A DNA stretch of 64,000 nt, from positions 1,741 through 65,740 of the forward strand of contig JAGLYP010000026.1 in NCBI GenBank assembly GCA_023132155.1, written 5' to 3'. The notes beneath the pieces are model-generated. The model was not told the DNA's origin, did not search any database, and was given only the letters and a program-made list of their open reading frames with translations. This document shows positions 21,004 to 29,608 of this stretch, in pieces (positions within the stretch are counted from its first letter, which is position 1; every line of letters starts with the position of its first letter). Made by a program: the position numbers and the translations under genes. This stretch comes from Candidatus Parcubacteria bacterium (lineage in GTDB: Bacteria; Patescibacteriota; Patescibacteriia; Patescibacteriales; UBA12075).

Positions 21004-21069
21004 TATTCGCATGTCCCGCACGTGTGCCGTTCTACGGTATTCGCAGTGCGGGTTCGCGAAGCGAATAAC
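21004..21069 (+). repeat. Hairpin repeat, copy 1 (arms identical to 39840-39887)
   Basis: tattcgcatgtcccgca ... tgcgggttcgcgaagcgaataac. Confidence 0.8.
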
Positions 21070-21071
21070 CA

Positions 21072-21779
21072 ATGGAAGAAACTTTTAATATTCAAGCTAT
21101 TATATTAAATCGGCATATTTTTCGCGAAAACGATAGCAGGGTTTTGGTTTACAGTAAAGAACACGGGAAAATGTTTTTGGTTGCGAGAGGCGCAAGATCT
21201 ATAAAATCAAAAATGGCCGGACACATTGAACCTTTTTGTTTGTCTGATTTAATGGTGGTTCGCGGGAAAAATTATAATTATATCGGCGGAGCAAAGTCAG
21301 GCAATTGTTTTCGCGAACTTAAAAGCGATTTAAAAAAATTGGAAGTTGCCGGCCGTTCTTTCGCGATTTTAAATAAAATAATTAAAGAGCATGAAGTTGA
21401 TCCAAAATTATTTTTTTTAATAAATGATTTCTTAGAAGCACTATCAGATATTAATAAAAATATTGATTCAAATTTATTTTTGCATGCTTTTATTTTGAAA
21501 TTAATTTGCCAATTAGGCTATCGCCCGGAGCTTTATTCGTGCGTAATTTGCCGAAAAGATATTAATCCAAACAACAATTATTTTGATTTTAAAAGGGGCG
21601 GTTTGGTTTGTTCTAGTTGCCGAAAAAACAGCTTGACAATTCATAAAGATTCCATTAAGCTGTTAAGGTTTATAGTTAAAGAAAATTTTAAAAATATTTC
21701 AAAATTGCACTTTAATAAAAAAATCTCTTTAGGGGCAATAAAAAATATTGTTTTGTTTTATAATTATAATTTTAAATGA
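21072..21779 (+). CDS. recO: DNA repair protein RecO
   Basis: N-terminal OB fold (REND..V.VYS..HGK...ARGA); LGYRPEL..C..C...GGLVC..C zinc finger. Confidence 0.93.
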   Translation: MEETFNIQAIILNRHIFRENDSRVLVYSKEHGKMFLVARGARSIKSKMAGHIEPFCLSDLMVVRGKNYNYIGGAKSGNCFRELKSDLKKLEVAGRSFAILNKIIKEHEVDPKLFFLINDFLEALSDINKNIDSNLFLHAFILKLICQLGYRPELYSCVICRKDINPNNNYFDFKRGGLVCSSCRKNSLTIHKDSIKLLRFIVKENFKNISKLHFNKKISLGAIKNIVLFYNYNFK

Positions 21780-21791
21780 GGAGGTGAGAAA

Positions 21792-22034
21792 ATGGAAAAG
21801 GAAAGGTGCCCGTTTTGCGGAACAATACAGATTATTGATGGTGTTTGTCCTAATTGCGGGACGAATGTGTCAAAAAAGATTAAAAAAATTGAAACTCCAC
21901 ATAAACCCGCATTGGAACCGGATAGCTTGGGCGGAAACCAAGACAACAAGAGAATTGATTATGATAGTGGAAAAAACGAAATATTTTCCGGAAATATGAT
22001 GCATAAAAGGATTATAAATGAAACTTCACAATGA
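21792..22034 (+). CDS. Small zinc-ribbon hypothetical protein
   Basis: Strong SD gaggaggtg; CPFCG...CPNCG; followed by a terminator. Confidence 0.65.
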   Translation: MEKERCPFCGTIQIIDGVCPNCGTNVSKKIKKIETPHKPALEPDSLGGNQDNKRIDYDSGKNEIFSGNMMHKRIINETSQ

Positions 22035-22044
22035 AAAATCAATG

Positions 22045-22076
22045 AAATGGCGACTTTATTTACGGTCGCCATTTTT
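22045..22076 (+). terminator. Intrinsic terminator
   Basis: aaatggcgac-loop-gtcgccattttt. Confidence 0.75.
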
Positions 22077-22078
22077 CC

Positions 22079-22107
22079 TTGACTTAATTTTAATAATTAT
22101 CTATAAT
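22079..22107 (+). promoter_or_regulatory. Sigma70 promoter of the aspS leader
   Basis: TTGACT-N17-TATAAT. Confidence 0.8.
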
Positions 22108-22139
22108 TGTGTATGTAAAGCCGTATTTTTATTTAATTA

Positions 22140-22384
22140 AAAATGAATTTTGGCAAACACCAAAAAGAGGCGCGGGAAGAAAGCTTCGTCAAAGTGAGTA
22201 GAACCTGCCGGGTAAGCCCGTTATAGCTTATGAATTAAGGGTTATATTATTGTTTGGCATATTGGTGATTAAATAATCACTAATTAACTAATCATCAATT
22301 AACTAAATATGGGTGGCACCACGGGTTAAAGAACTCGTCCCTGATTATCACGAATTTTGTGGTACTTAAGGACGAGTTTTTTTG
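22140..22384 (+). promoter_or_regulatory. T-box riboswitch (ultrashort Stem I, AAC/Asn specifier, transcriptional terminator)
   Basis: Stem I ttttgg-CAAACA-ccaaaa; Stem II GGAAGAA...AGTAGAACC; IIA/B pseudoknot cgggtaagcccgttatagctta; T-box AATATGGGTGGCACCACGGG; antiterminator partner ctcgtccc; terminator aactcgtcc...ggacgagttttttt. Confidence 0.88.
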
Positions 22385-22424
22385 TATAAAATTTATTTTT
22401 GTTATTTTGGCGAATGCTTTTTTC

Positions 22425-22745
22425 CTTTTTGTCATTCCTGCAGAAGTTAAGTAATTCGTTGACAAATAAAAGTAAACCCTCCTTACCTTGTCATCCTGGG
22501 GCTTGACTGGAGCGACAGCGGAAGTCAAGAACCCGGGATCCAGAAGAAAGAGGTACGTACTATATTCACTTGATATTGTTTATTTGTTTCTCCCACTCCT
22601 GGATCCCGGATATTTTTATTTCTACCCCAAGAGCACTTCCGTTGGGCGCGCTGTCGCTCCAATAAAAATTCCAGGATGACAAAAGTATGGAGGTTTGTTA
22701 ATTTCTGTCAACGAATTGTTAACATCTATAAGAATGACAGGAAAA
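22425..22745. repeat. Large nested inverted-repeat (REP/RPE/MITE-like) element
   Basis: Nested arm pairs tgtcattc/gaatgaca, aattcgttgaca/tgtcaacgaatt, ttgtcatcctgg/ccaggatgacaa, tggagcgacagcg/cgctgtcgctcca and cgggatccag/ctggatcccg. Confidence 0.75.
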
Positions 22746-22819
22746 ATTTAAATTTATTAATAAATATCAACATATTGCATGTTATGCGATGCGTGTTATG
22801 TGATATGTGAAATAAATAT

Positions 22820-24601
22820 ATGTTAAGAACAAACACTTGTGGCGAGCTCACCAAAAAAGAAATCAACAAACAAGTTACGCTTTGCGGCTGGGTGCATCGG
22901 CGCCGGGACCATGGTGGAATAATTTTTATTGACCTGCGAGATCGCTACGGTTTGACGCAAATTAAATTTGATCCGGAAATTAATAAAGAAACTCACGCGC
23001 GAGCCGATAAACTGCGCAATGAATGGGTGATTCGCGTTGCCGGCAAGGTAATTGCCAGACCCGAAACAATGGTAAATAAAAAATTAAAAACAGGAGAAAT
23101 TGAGGTGGAGATGGAAAAACTGGAAATATTAAACGAATCAAAAACTCCGCCGTTTGAGTTAAGCGAAGAAAAAGCCAAAGAGGCTAATGAAGAAATAAGA
23201 ATGGAGTATCGTTATATTGATTTACGGCGGAAAAAAATGCAGAAAAATTTAAAATTAAGAAGCGAAGTTACTAAATTGATTCGCGATTATTTTTACAGGG
23301 AAGATTTTTTAGATGTTGAAACTCCTTGCATGGTCAAAGATACTCCTGAGGGCAGCCGTGAATATTTGGTTCCGGCGCGAACGTTTCCCGGACAATTTTA
23401 TGTTCTTCCACAAAGCCCGCAGCAATTAAAGCAATTTTTAATGATTGGCGGAATTGATAAATATTTTCAAATCGCCCGCTGTTTTCGTGATGAAGATTTG
23501 CGCGGCGATAGGCAGCCGGAATTTACTCAGTTTGAAATTGAAATGAGTTTTGCCGAGCAAGAGGATATTATCAATGTTATGGAAGGATGTTTTTTGGAAG
23601 TTTCAAAGCAAATTGTGCCTGATAAAAAAATATTAAATAAACCCTTTTTGCAAATGATATGGCAGGACGCAATGGAGCGTTATGGTTCTGATAGTCCGGA
23701 TATTAGATATGATTTAGGAATTAAGCCGGTTACGGAGCTGGTCAAAGATTGCGGTTTTAAAGTTTTTGCCGATATGGCAAAAAAAGACGGCCATGTAGTT
23801 CATGCTTTAAAAATTGACAAAGGCGCTAAATTTACCAGAAAAGAAATTGATGATTTAACCAGAATCGCTCAAGATAACGGCGCTAAAGGCTTGGCTTATA
23901 TAATTATTAAGGAAGACGGTAAATTGCAATCGCCGATTGTGAAATTTTTAGGAGAAGATTTATCTAAAAATATTTTAAATACGGTTGCCGCGAAGCAGGG
24001 AGACATAGTATTTTTCGGGGCAGATGAATTTGCTGCTGCTTGTGAAAGTTTGGGCGCGGTAAGAAAAGAATGCGCTAAAATGTTAGATTTAATCCCTAAG
24101 GATATTTTGGCGTATTTGTGGGTAATTGATTTTCCATTATTTGAGAAAAGCAAAGAAACCGGCGGATTGGGCGCCGCGCATCATCCTTTTACCCGCCCGC
24201 TTAAAGAGGATATGAAATTATTAGATGAGGATCCGCTTAAGGTCAGATCGCATGCCTATGATTTGGTTTTAAACGGCGTTGAAATCGGCGGCGGTTCTTT
24301 AAGAATACATGAAAAAAAATTGCAGGAAAAAATATTTACAGTATTGGGGATATCAGAAAATGATGCCAAGCGACGCTTTGGCCATATGATTAAAGCTTTT
24401 GAATATGGAGTTCCGCCTCACGGCGGAATCGCAATGGGTCTGGATAGATTTGTGATGTTATTAGCTGACGAACCAAATATTCGTGAAGTTATGGCTTTTC
24501 CTAAAGAGGGCAAAGGGCGCGATTTAATGCTTAATGCTCCTGCCCCGATTGATGAAAAACAATTAAAGGAGCTTGGACTTAGGATTAGAAAAGTTGATTA
24601 A
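22820..24601 (+). CDS. aspS: Aspartate--tRNA ligase, probably non-discriminating (Asp/Asn)
   Basis: LCGWVHRRRDHGG (His typical of ND enzymes), LPQSPQ, FRDEDLRGDRQPEFTQ, HHPFT, PPHGGIAMGLDR. Confidence 0.97.
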   Translation: MLRTNTCGELTKKEINKQVTLCGWVHRRRDHGGIIFIDLRDRYGLTQIKFDPEINKETHARADKLRNEWVIRVAGKVIARPETMVNKKLKTGEIEVEMEKLEILNESKTPPFELSEEKAKEANEEIRMEYRYIDLRRKKMQKNLKLRSEVTKLIRDYFYREDFLDVETPCMVKDTPEGSREYLVPARTFPGQFYVLPQSPQQLKQFLMIGGIDKYFQIARCFRDEDLRGDRQPEFTQFEIEMSFAEQEDIINVMEGCFLEVSKQIVPDKKILNKPFLQMIWQDAMERYGSDSPDIRYDLGIKPVTELVKDCGFKVFADMAKKDGHVVHALKIDKGAKFTRKEIDDLTRIAQDNGAKGLAYIIIKEDGKLQSPIVKFLGEDLSKNILNTVAAKQGDIVFFGADEFAAACESLGAVRKECAKMLDLIPKDILAYLWVIDFPLFEKSKETGGLGAAHHPFTRPLKEDMKLLDEDPLKVRSHAYDLVLNGVEIGGGSLRIHEKKLQEKIFTVLGISENDAKRRFGHMIKAFEYGVPPHGGIAMGLDRFVMLLADEPNIREVMAFPKEGKGRDLMLNAPAPIDEKQLKELGLRIRKVD

Positions 24602-24631
24602 AGGCGGGTTTAATAGTATAATAACAAGTAT

Positions 24632-25465
24632 ATGGAAGAAATAAAACCAGAAAAAATTAATAATCAAGCGCCGGAATTAGCAAAAAAAATTCCAGATGTG
24701 GAAATTGATAATCAAATTTCTGAAAAAAGTTTTGGAAATAATATTCGCACGGAAAAAAAAGTTCTGGAAGATATACGATCAGCCAAAGAAATACCGGAAA
24801 AAGAGTATGAGCAAATTAAAACAATGGCCGATTTTATTAGAGTGTTGGAAGATAGACTAGCCGCAACGGAAGACGCGCAAGAAAAAAACGCAATCGCTTA
24901 TAATTTATTGCGCGTACAAAGCGCCTTTGTCGGATTAAAAGTCAAGCCGGCAAAGTTTAAAATCGGCATTGCCAAAGATGGTAAATTAAGCGTGTATAAT
25001 AAAAATGTTCAGGAATTTAGAGTTTCTCCGGAATTATTGGAATCAATTGAGGATTGCAAGTTAGACGCGAAAACCATGGGAATATCTTTTAAGGAAGCGG
25101 AAATTGAAAAATCAGGCATTCTGGATACAGGATTTCAACAATTAATGATTGAAAAGTCAGGCATCAATTCCGGAGAATACCATAAAGAAGAAAGATGGAG
25201 TGTAAAAAGAATATTTGGCAAATGGGGCGAGAAAAATGTTTTAGATTTGGTAAAAGAACCCAAGAAGTTAGCTGATTATTTTTTGGAAAAAGAAATTGAA
25301 AAGCGCTTAAAGCAAGCAAGGAAAATAGAGGCAAAAGAATTGGCGCCGTATTTATCCGATCAATTCAAAAAGGGAGCGCCAAAATTGCATGAAAAGTTGA
25401 GAAAAAGCGGTTATGGTTTTCGCGGTAGAGTTAAAGAAATTATTTTAAATTTAGAAAATAATTAA
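24632..25465 (+). CDS. Hypothetical protein
   Basis: 277-aa charged ORF, 7 bp upstream of the GGDEF gene. Confidence 0.65.
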   Translation: MEEIKPEKINNQAPELAKKIPDVEIDNQISEKSFGNNIRTEKKVLEDIRSAKEIPEKEYEQIKTMADFIRVLEDRLAATEDAQEKNAIAYNLLRVQSAFVGLKVKPAKFKIGIAKDGKLSVYNKNVQEFRVSPELLESIEDCKLDAKTMGISFKEAEIEKSGILDTGFQQLMIEKSGINSGEYHKEERWSVKRIFGKWGEKNVLDLVKEPKKLADYFLEKEIEKRLKQARKIEAKELAPYLSDQFKKGAPKLHEKLRKSGYGFRGRVKEIILNLENN

Positions 25466-25472
25466 TAATTAT

Positions 25473-26552
25473 ATGGAAAAATTTTCCAGCGATTTTTATA
25501 AAGACGAGGAGGAGGCATATGAAATAAAAGAAAAAGCAGACAAAGGCTTAGCCAGAGATTATCAAGAAGCTGATTTAATGCATAAATTACAAAAAACCAA
25601 AGATGAGCTTGATGATGCCTGGAATACAATTGAATGGTTAAACAGCAAGCACGAAGGTTTAATCGGCGAATATAAAGATTTATTCGTAGAAAGCACTACC
25701 GGTTTGAAGCGCCGTGAATTTTTATATAAAGATATGGATGGGAAGATAGCGGAATTATTAGATATTGAGAAGATAAATAATATTAATGATGAAGAATTTT
25801 TAAATATTTTAAAATCAAAGTCTCCGGATGATTTTAAAAATGAACCGTTATACGTAATGTTTGGAGATATGGCATATTTATCGCTCGCCAACGAAGGCGG
25901 GCATCGCAGTGGCGATGAACTGTTAAGCGAAACAGGAAAAGCGGTAAAGGATGAATTTTTTGGCGCTTCCCGCCGCGGCGGTGATGAATTTACCACCTTA
26001 GTTTTACTTAAAAAGAAAGAGGCTGAAGAAAAGATCAGAAAACTGGAAGAAAAAATAAGAGGTATGAAAAAAATTCCCAGTCTTGAATATTATAATTTAG
26101 AGCCGAATATGGATATTGGCATAGCTCATTTTTCAGAGGGGTTAAAAGTTTTTAAAGAAATCGCTAAAAGCATGGAGCAAACAAAAGAAGGGAAAGAGAA
26201 ATTGTCAAAATTAAATATATTAAAAGAATTGCAAAATATTTGGTTAGAGATTGCTGATAAAAGATCGTCTATTAAAAAAGCAATGGAACGGATTCCTTTG
26301 TTGGTAAAAAAGAGAGAGAACGAACCGAAGCAATATGAAGAATTGTATGGATTTTTGAATAAAGGCGCTTACAGCGCTACTGATAGTGATATAGAAAAGA
26401 TGGCTGAAAAAATAAAAAAAGGGGAAAATCCGGAAGAGGTTATTTTTGATTATATTAAAAACAAGGAGCATAAAAGTTTAAAAAAATTGTTTGGATATGA
26501 AAAAGTAAAAGCCGAAATAATTCTAAAAACGGCTGATAATAAAATGTTGTAA
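25473..26552 (+). CDS. GGDEF-domain protein with N-terminal coiled coil
   Basis: TTGL.RRE, GH..GDELL, RRGGDEF. Confidence 0.8.
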   Translation: MEKFSSDFYKDEEEAYEIKEKADKGLARDYQEADLMHKLQKTKDELDDAWNTIEWLNSKHEGLIGEYKDLFVESTTGLKRREFLYKDMDGKIAELLDIEKINNINDEEFLNILKSKSPDDFKNEPLYVMFGDMAYLSLANEGGHRSGDELLSETGKAVKDEFFGASRRGGDEFTTLVLLKKKEAEEKIRKLEEKIRGMKKIPSLEYYNLEPNMDIGIAHFSEGLKVFKEIAKSMEQTKEGKEKLSKLNILKELQNIWLEIADKRSSIKKAMERIPLLVKKRENEPKQYEELYGFLNKGAYSATDSDIEKMAEKIKKGENPEEVIFDYIKNKEHKSLKKLFGYEKVKAEIILKTADNKML

Positions 26553-26724
26553 TTTAATTGATTTGCTTTCTTTTGGAAGAATGGATATTGATATAAGCCT
26601 AAGCTTTGCACTTGTGATAATGACTTTAAGCTCTTTATTCGTTTTGGCGGATTATAGCCAAGTATTCAAAAAAATTTTTTAAAATTATGCGAAAATTAAT
26701 GGAAAATGTAAATAAATCAAATAT

Positions 26725-26757
26725 GGCGCCCGAAAGGAAAATTTTCGGGCGCTTTTT
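26725..26757 (+). terminator. Intrinsic terminator
   Basis: gcgcccgaaa-loop-tttcgggcgc followed by ttttt. Confidence 0.75.
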
Positions 26758-26763
26758 CTCTTT

Positions 26764-27456
26764 ATGCGCTTAAAAGTTAATTTACATTTGCACACCAGCC
26801 AAGATCCAAAGCATTTTTTACATTATTCTATTTTTCAGGCAATAGACCGAGCCGCTAAATCGGGTTTTGATGTTTTAGCTCTTACTTGCCATGAAAAATT
26901 TGCCTATAAAAAAGAATACGGAGATTATGCTTGCAAAAAGAATATTTTGCTTATTCCCGGAATTGAAGCCAGCATAGAAAGGAAAGATGTTTTGATTTTG
27001 AATTGCGATAAGCAAGCTGAAAATATTAAAAATTTTTCTCAGTTAAAACATTATAAAGAAAAAAATAAAAAAATATTTATTATTGCTCCCCACCCGTATT
27101 TAAGCGATTTTTCTCAAGTTAGCCTGCAAAAAAAATTAGATGAGCATATAGATTTGTTTGATGCTCTTGAATTGACCATATATTGCAATAAGTATTTTAA
27201 TTTTAATAAAAAGGCTTTGGCGGCAGCCGATAAATACAATAAGCCGATAATTGCGAATTCCGATACGCATTTTTTAAAAGATTTGGAAAAAGGATATTTT
27301 TTTGTTGAAGTTGAAAAAAAAGAGGCGCGTTTAATATTTGAGGCGATAAAAATGAAAAAAGTCAGCAATATAATAAGACCGATGGGTTTTTTTGAAATGT
27401 TTGTTTTTCGCATTCATTGTTTATTGGAAAAGCCTTTTGTTTTTTTTAAAAAATAG
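26764..27456 (+). CDS. PHP-family metal-dependent phosphoesterase
   Basis: LHLHT, ALTCH, IPGIE, APHP, NSDTH. Confidence 0.88.
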   Translation: MRLKVNLHLHTSQDPKHFLHYSIFQAIDRAAKSGFDVLALTCHEKFAYKKEYGDYACKKNILLIPGIEASIERKDVLILNCDKQAENIKNFSQLKHYKEKNKKIFIIAPHPYLSDFSQVSLQKKLDEHIDLFDALELTIYCNKYFNFNKKALAAADKYNKPIIANSDTHFLKDLEKGYFFVEVEKKEARLIFEAIKMKKVSNIIRPMGFFEMFVFRIHCLLEKPFVFFKK

Positions 27457-27526
27457 CAGTATTGCACTTTTTTTGATATCTGTTTTTTGCTATAATATAA
27501 GAAAGAATGTAAAGCATTTATAAATT

Positions 27527-29182
27527 ATGACGCAATTAATTTCAATTTTCGGTTTTTTAGCCGTATTAACAAGCTTGGTTTTGGGCGCCTATGTATATTT
27601 TGAAGACTTCAATGGCGCGAATATTTATTTATTTATATTTTTATTTATATTAAGTATAATTTTTTGTTTTTATATATTAACCGTTCGCAGAGTAATTGGA
27701 TTATCCACTTTGTTAAGACGGCTGTTTATCTTTTTATCTTCATTTTTAAGCGTTTTAATTTTCGCGGTATTATTAAAATTTTTAATAAATTCATTGCTAT
27801 TGTTAACCGGATTTTGGACGGAATTTATTGTTATAATGTCCGCGATTTTAATTTTTTCGTTTGTAAAAAATTTTTATTCATGGGTTGCGAAAACTTTTAT
27901 TTTTTCATACTATTATAATAGCCAAAATGTTATAGTTGAATTGAATAAAAGCTTAAAAAATACTTTAGATATTAATGAGATATATACAAAATTGTCTGAT
28001 TTGCTTTGTAAAACTTTTAGGGCAAAATCTTTTGCCGTGTTTAGCTGTGATGAAAATAATAATGATTTTTTTATAGTTTTCAACAAGGGCTTTGATATAA
28101 ATTTTAAAAATAAGAAAGCTATAGGCAGTATTTTGCGGAAAAATTGTTTCGCGAATAGCGAAGCTATGGTAATTGAAGATTTAATTAATTGCAGCAACAA
28201 AGATGATAAATTGATTAAATTTTTAATTAAATTAAGAGCTGGTTCGCTTGTGCCTATAAAAATAAAGCATAAGCTTGCCGGTTTTTTTGTTCTTGGCCTG
28301 AAAGATATCGGAAATATTTATGATAAAAAAGATTTACAAACTTTGGAAATAATCGGCGTTCAAGTTTCAATGGCAATTGAAAACGCCTTAATGCACCAAG
28401 AAACAAGGAATTTTAATAATAAACTTGAAGAGGAAGTGGCAAGGGCGACAAAAGAATTGCGTGAGGCTAATGAAAAGCTCATGAAATTGGATGAGGCGAA
28501 AAGCGAATTTATTTCAATCGCCTCTCATCAGCTAAGAACACCATTAACGGTTATCAAGGGATATGTTTCTATGATGATGGAAGGTAATTTCGGCAAACTT
28601 CCAAGAAGTATAATCGGTTCAATTAAAAAGGTTTATGACTCAAATGAAAGATTAATATTGTTGGTTGAAAATTTATTAAATATTTCCCGCATTGAATCGG
28701 GTAATTTGCAATTTAATTTAAAAGAAACCGATATAGAAGAATTGGCGATTAGCGTGATAGATGAACTGCAGGATACCGCGCGAAAGAAGAATAATGAATT
28801 AGTCTATAAGCCTTCTGCTAAAAAAATACCTTGCGCGATAGTTGATTCTGAAAAAATTCGCCATGTAATCTTAAATTATCTTGATAACGCGATTAAATAT
28901 TCTGAAAAAGGAGAAATTATTATAAGATTAAGGCAAGAAAACGATAAAATAATTTTTAGCGTAAGCGATTTTGGCATTGGATTTTCCAATGAAGAAATTA
29001 CAAATTTATTTAAAAAATTTTACCGTGGCTCCTTAACTCCGTTAATTCATACTGAGGGAACCGGACTAGGGCTGTATGTTGCCAAGCAAATGATAGAATC
29101 GCATAAAGGCAGAGTATGGGCGGAAAGCAAGGGCAAAGACAAGGGTGCGACATTTTATTTTTCTTTACCCTTGCCTAAATAG
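27527..29182 (+). CDS. Membrane sensor histidine kinase (TM-GAF-HisKA-HATPase)
   Basis: H-box FISIASHQLRTPL; N-box NYLDNAIKYS; D.GIG; GTGLGL; GAF-like region ending in AIENA. Confidence 0.93.
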   Translation: MTQLISIFGFLAVLTSLVLGAYVYFEDFNGANIYLFIFLFILSIIFCFYILTVRRVIGLSTLLRRLFIFLSSFLSVLIFAVLLKFLINSLLLLTGFWTEFIVIMSAILIFSFVKNFYSWVAKTFIFSYYYNSQNVIVELNKSLKNTLDINEIYTKLSDLLCKTFRAKSFAVFSCDENNNDFFIVFNKGFDINFKNKKAIGSILRKNCFANSEAMVIEDLINCSNKDDKLIKFLIKLRAGSLVPIKIKHKLAGFFVLGLKDIGNIYDKKDLQTLEIIGVQVSMAIENALMHQETRNFNNKLEEEVARATKELREANEKLMKLDEAKSEFISIASHQLRTPLTVIKGYVSMMMEGNFGKLPRSIIGSIKKVYDSNERLILLVENLLNISRIESGNLQFNLKETDIEELAISVIDELQDTARKKNNELVYKPSAKKIPCAIVDSEKIRHVILNYLDNAIKYSEKGEIIIRLRQENDKIIFSVSDFGIGFSNEEITNLFKKFYRGSLTPLIHTEGTGLGLYVAKQMIESHKGRVWAESKGKDKGATFYFSLPLPK

Positions 29183-29229
29183 CTGTTTTTAAGCTATTAT
29201 TGTATTATTAATTATTAAGTTTTATTTTT

Positions 29230-29406
29230 ATGGCAATTTCCGTAAACAAGGATACTTGCGTCGGCTGTGGCGCATGCGCGGCTTTATGCCCCGGTGTTTT
29301 TAAGATGGATGATGATGGCAAGGCATCCGCGATTAATCAAAAAGATTTAAATTGCGCTAAAGATGCCGGCGGAAGCTGTCCGGTTCAAGCAATTAAAGCT
29401 GAATAG
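29230..29406 (+). CDS. Monocluster ferredoxin (58 aa, absent from the ORF track)
   Basis: Manual translation MAISVNKDTCVGCGACAALCPGVFKMDDDGKA...SCPVQAIKAE contains CxxCxxC and CP motifs. Confidence 0.92.
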   Translation: MAISVNKDTCVGCGACAALCPGVFKMDDDGKASAINQKDLNCAKDAGGSCPVQAIKAE

Positions 29407-29470
29407 CATGTTAAATAAAAAAACAATTTTTCGTTTTTAAAAGATTGTTTTTTTGTTTTTGGTTCTTTAT

Positions 29471-29601
29471 TGTCATTGCGAGCGCTTTTAATTTGTCATT
29501 GCGAGCTCGCGAAGCAATCCCGTACCACAGAACATCGTGCGTGGATTTGTAACGGATAGCGCAAATACCGCGGGATTGCTTCGCTAGCGCTCGCAATGAC
29601 A
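29471..29601. repeat. GTCATTGCGAG-type palindromic element (REP/RPE-like)
   Basis: tgtcattgcgag (two copies)...cgaagcaatcccg ... cgggattgcttcg...ctcgcaatgaca. Confidence 0.8.
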
Positions 29602-29608
29602 GAATAAT

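Noticed and set aside
21748..21999. 83-aa ORF overlapping the end of recO
   Set aside because: The overlapping 21792-22034 frame has a strong SD and CxxC motifs and is preferred.
22295..22679. ORFs 22295-22528(-) and 22488-22679(+)
   Set aside because: They overlap the T-box and the palindromic element and are better explained as non-coding structure.
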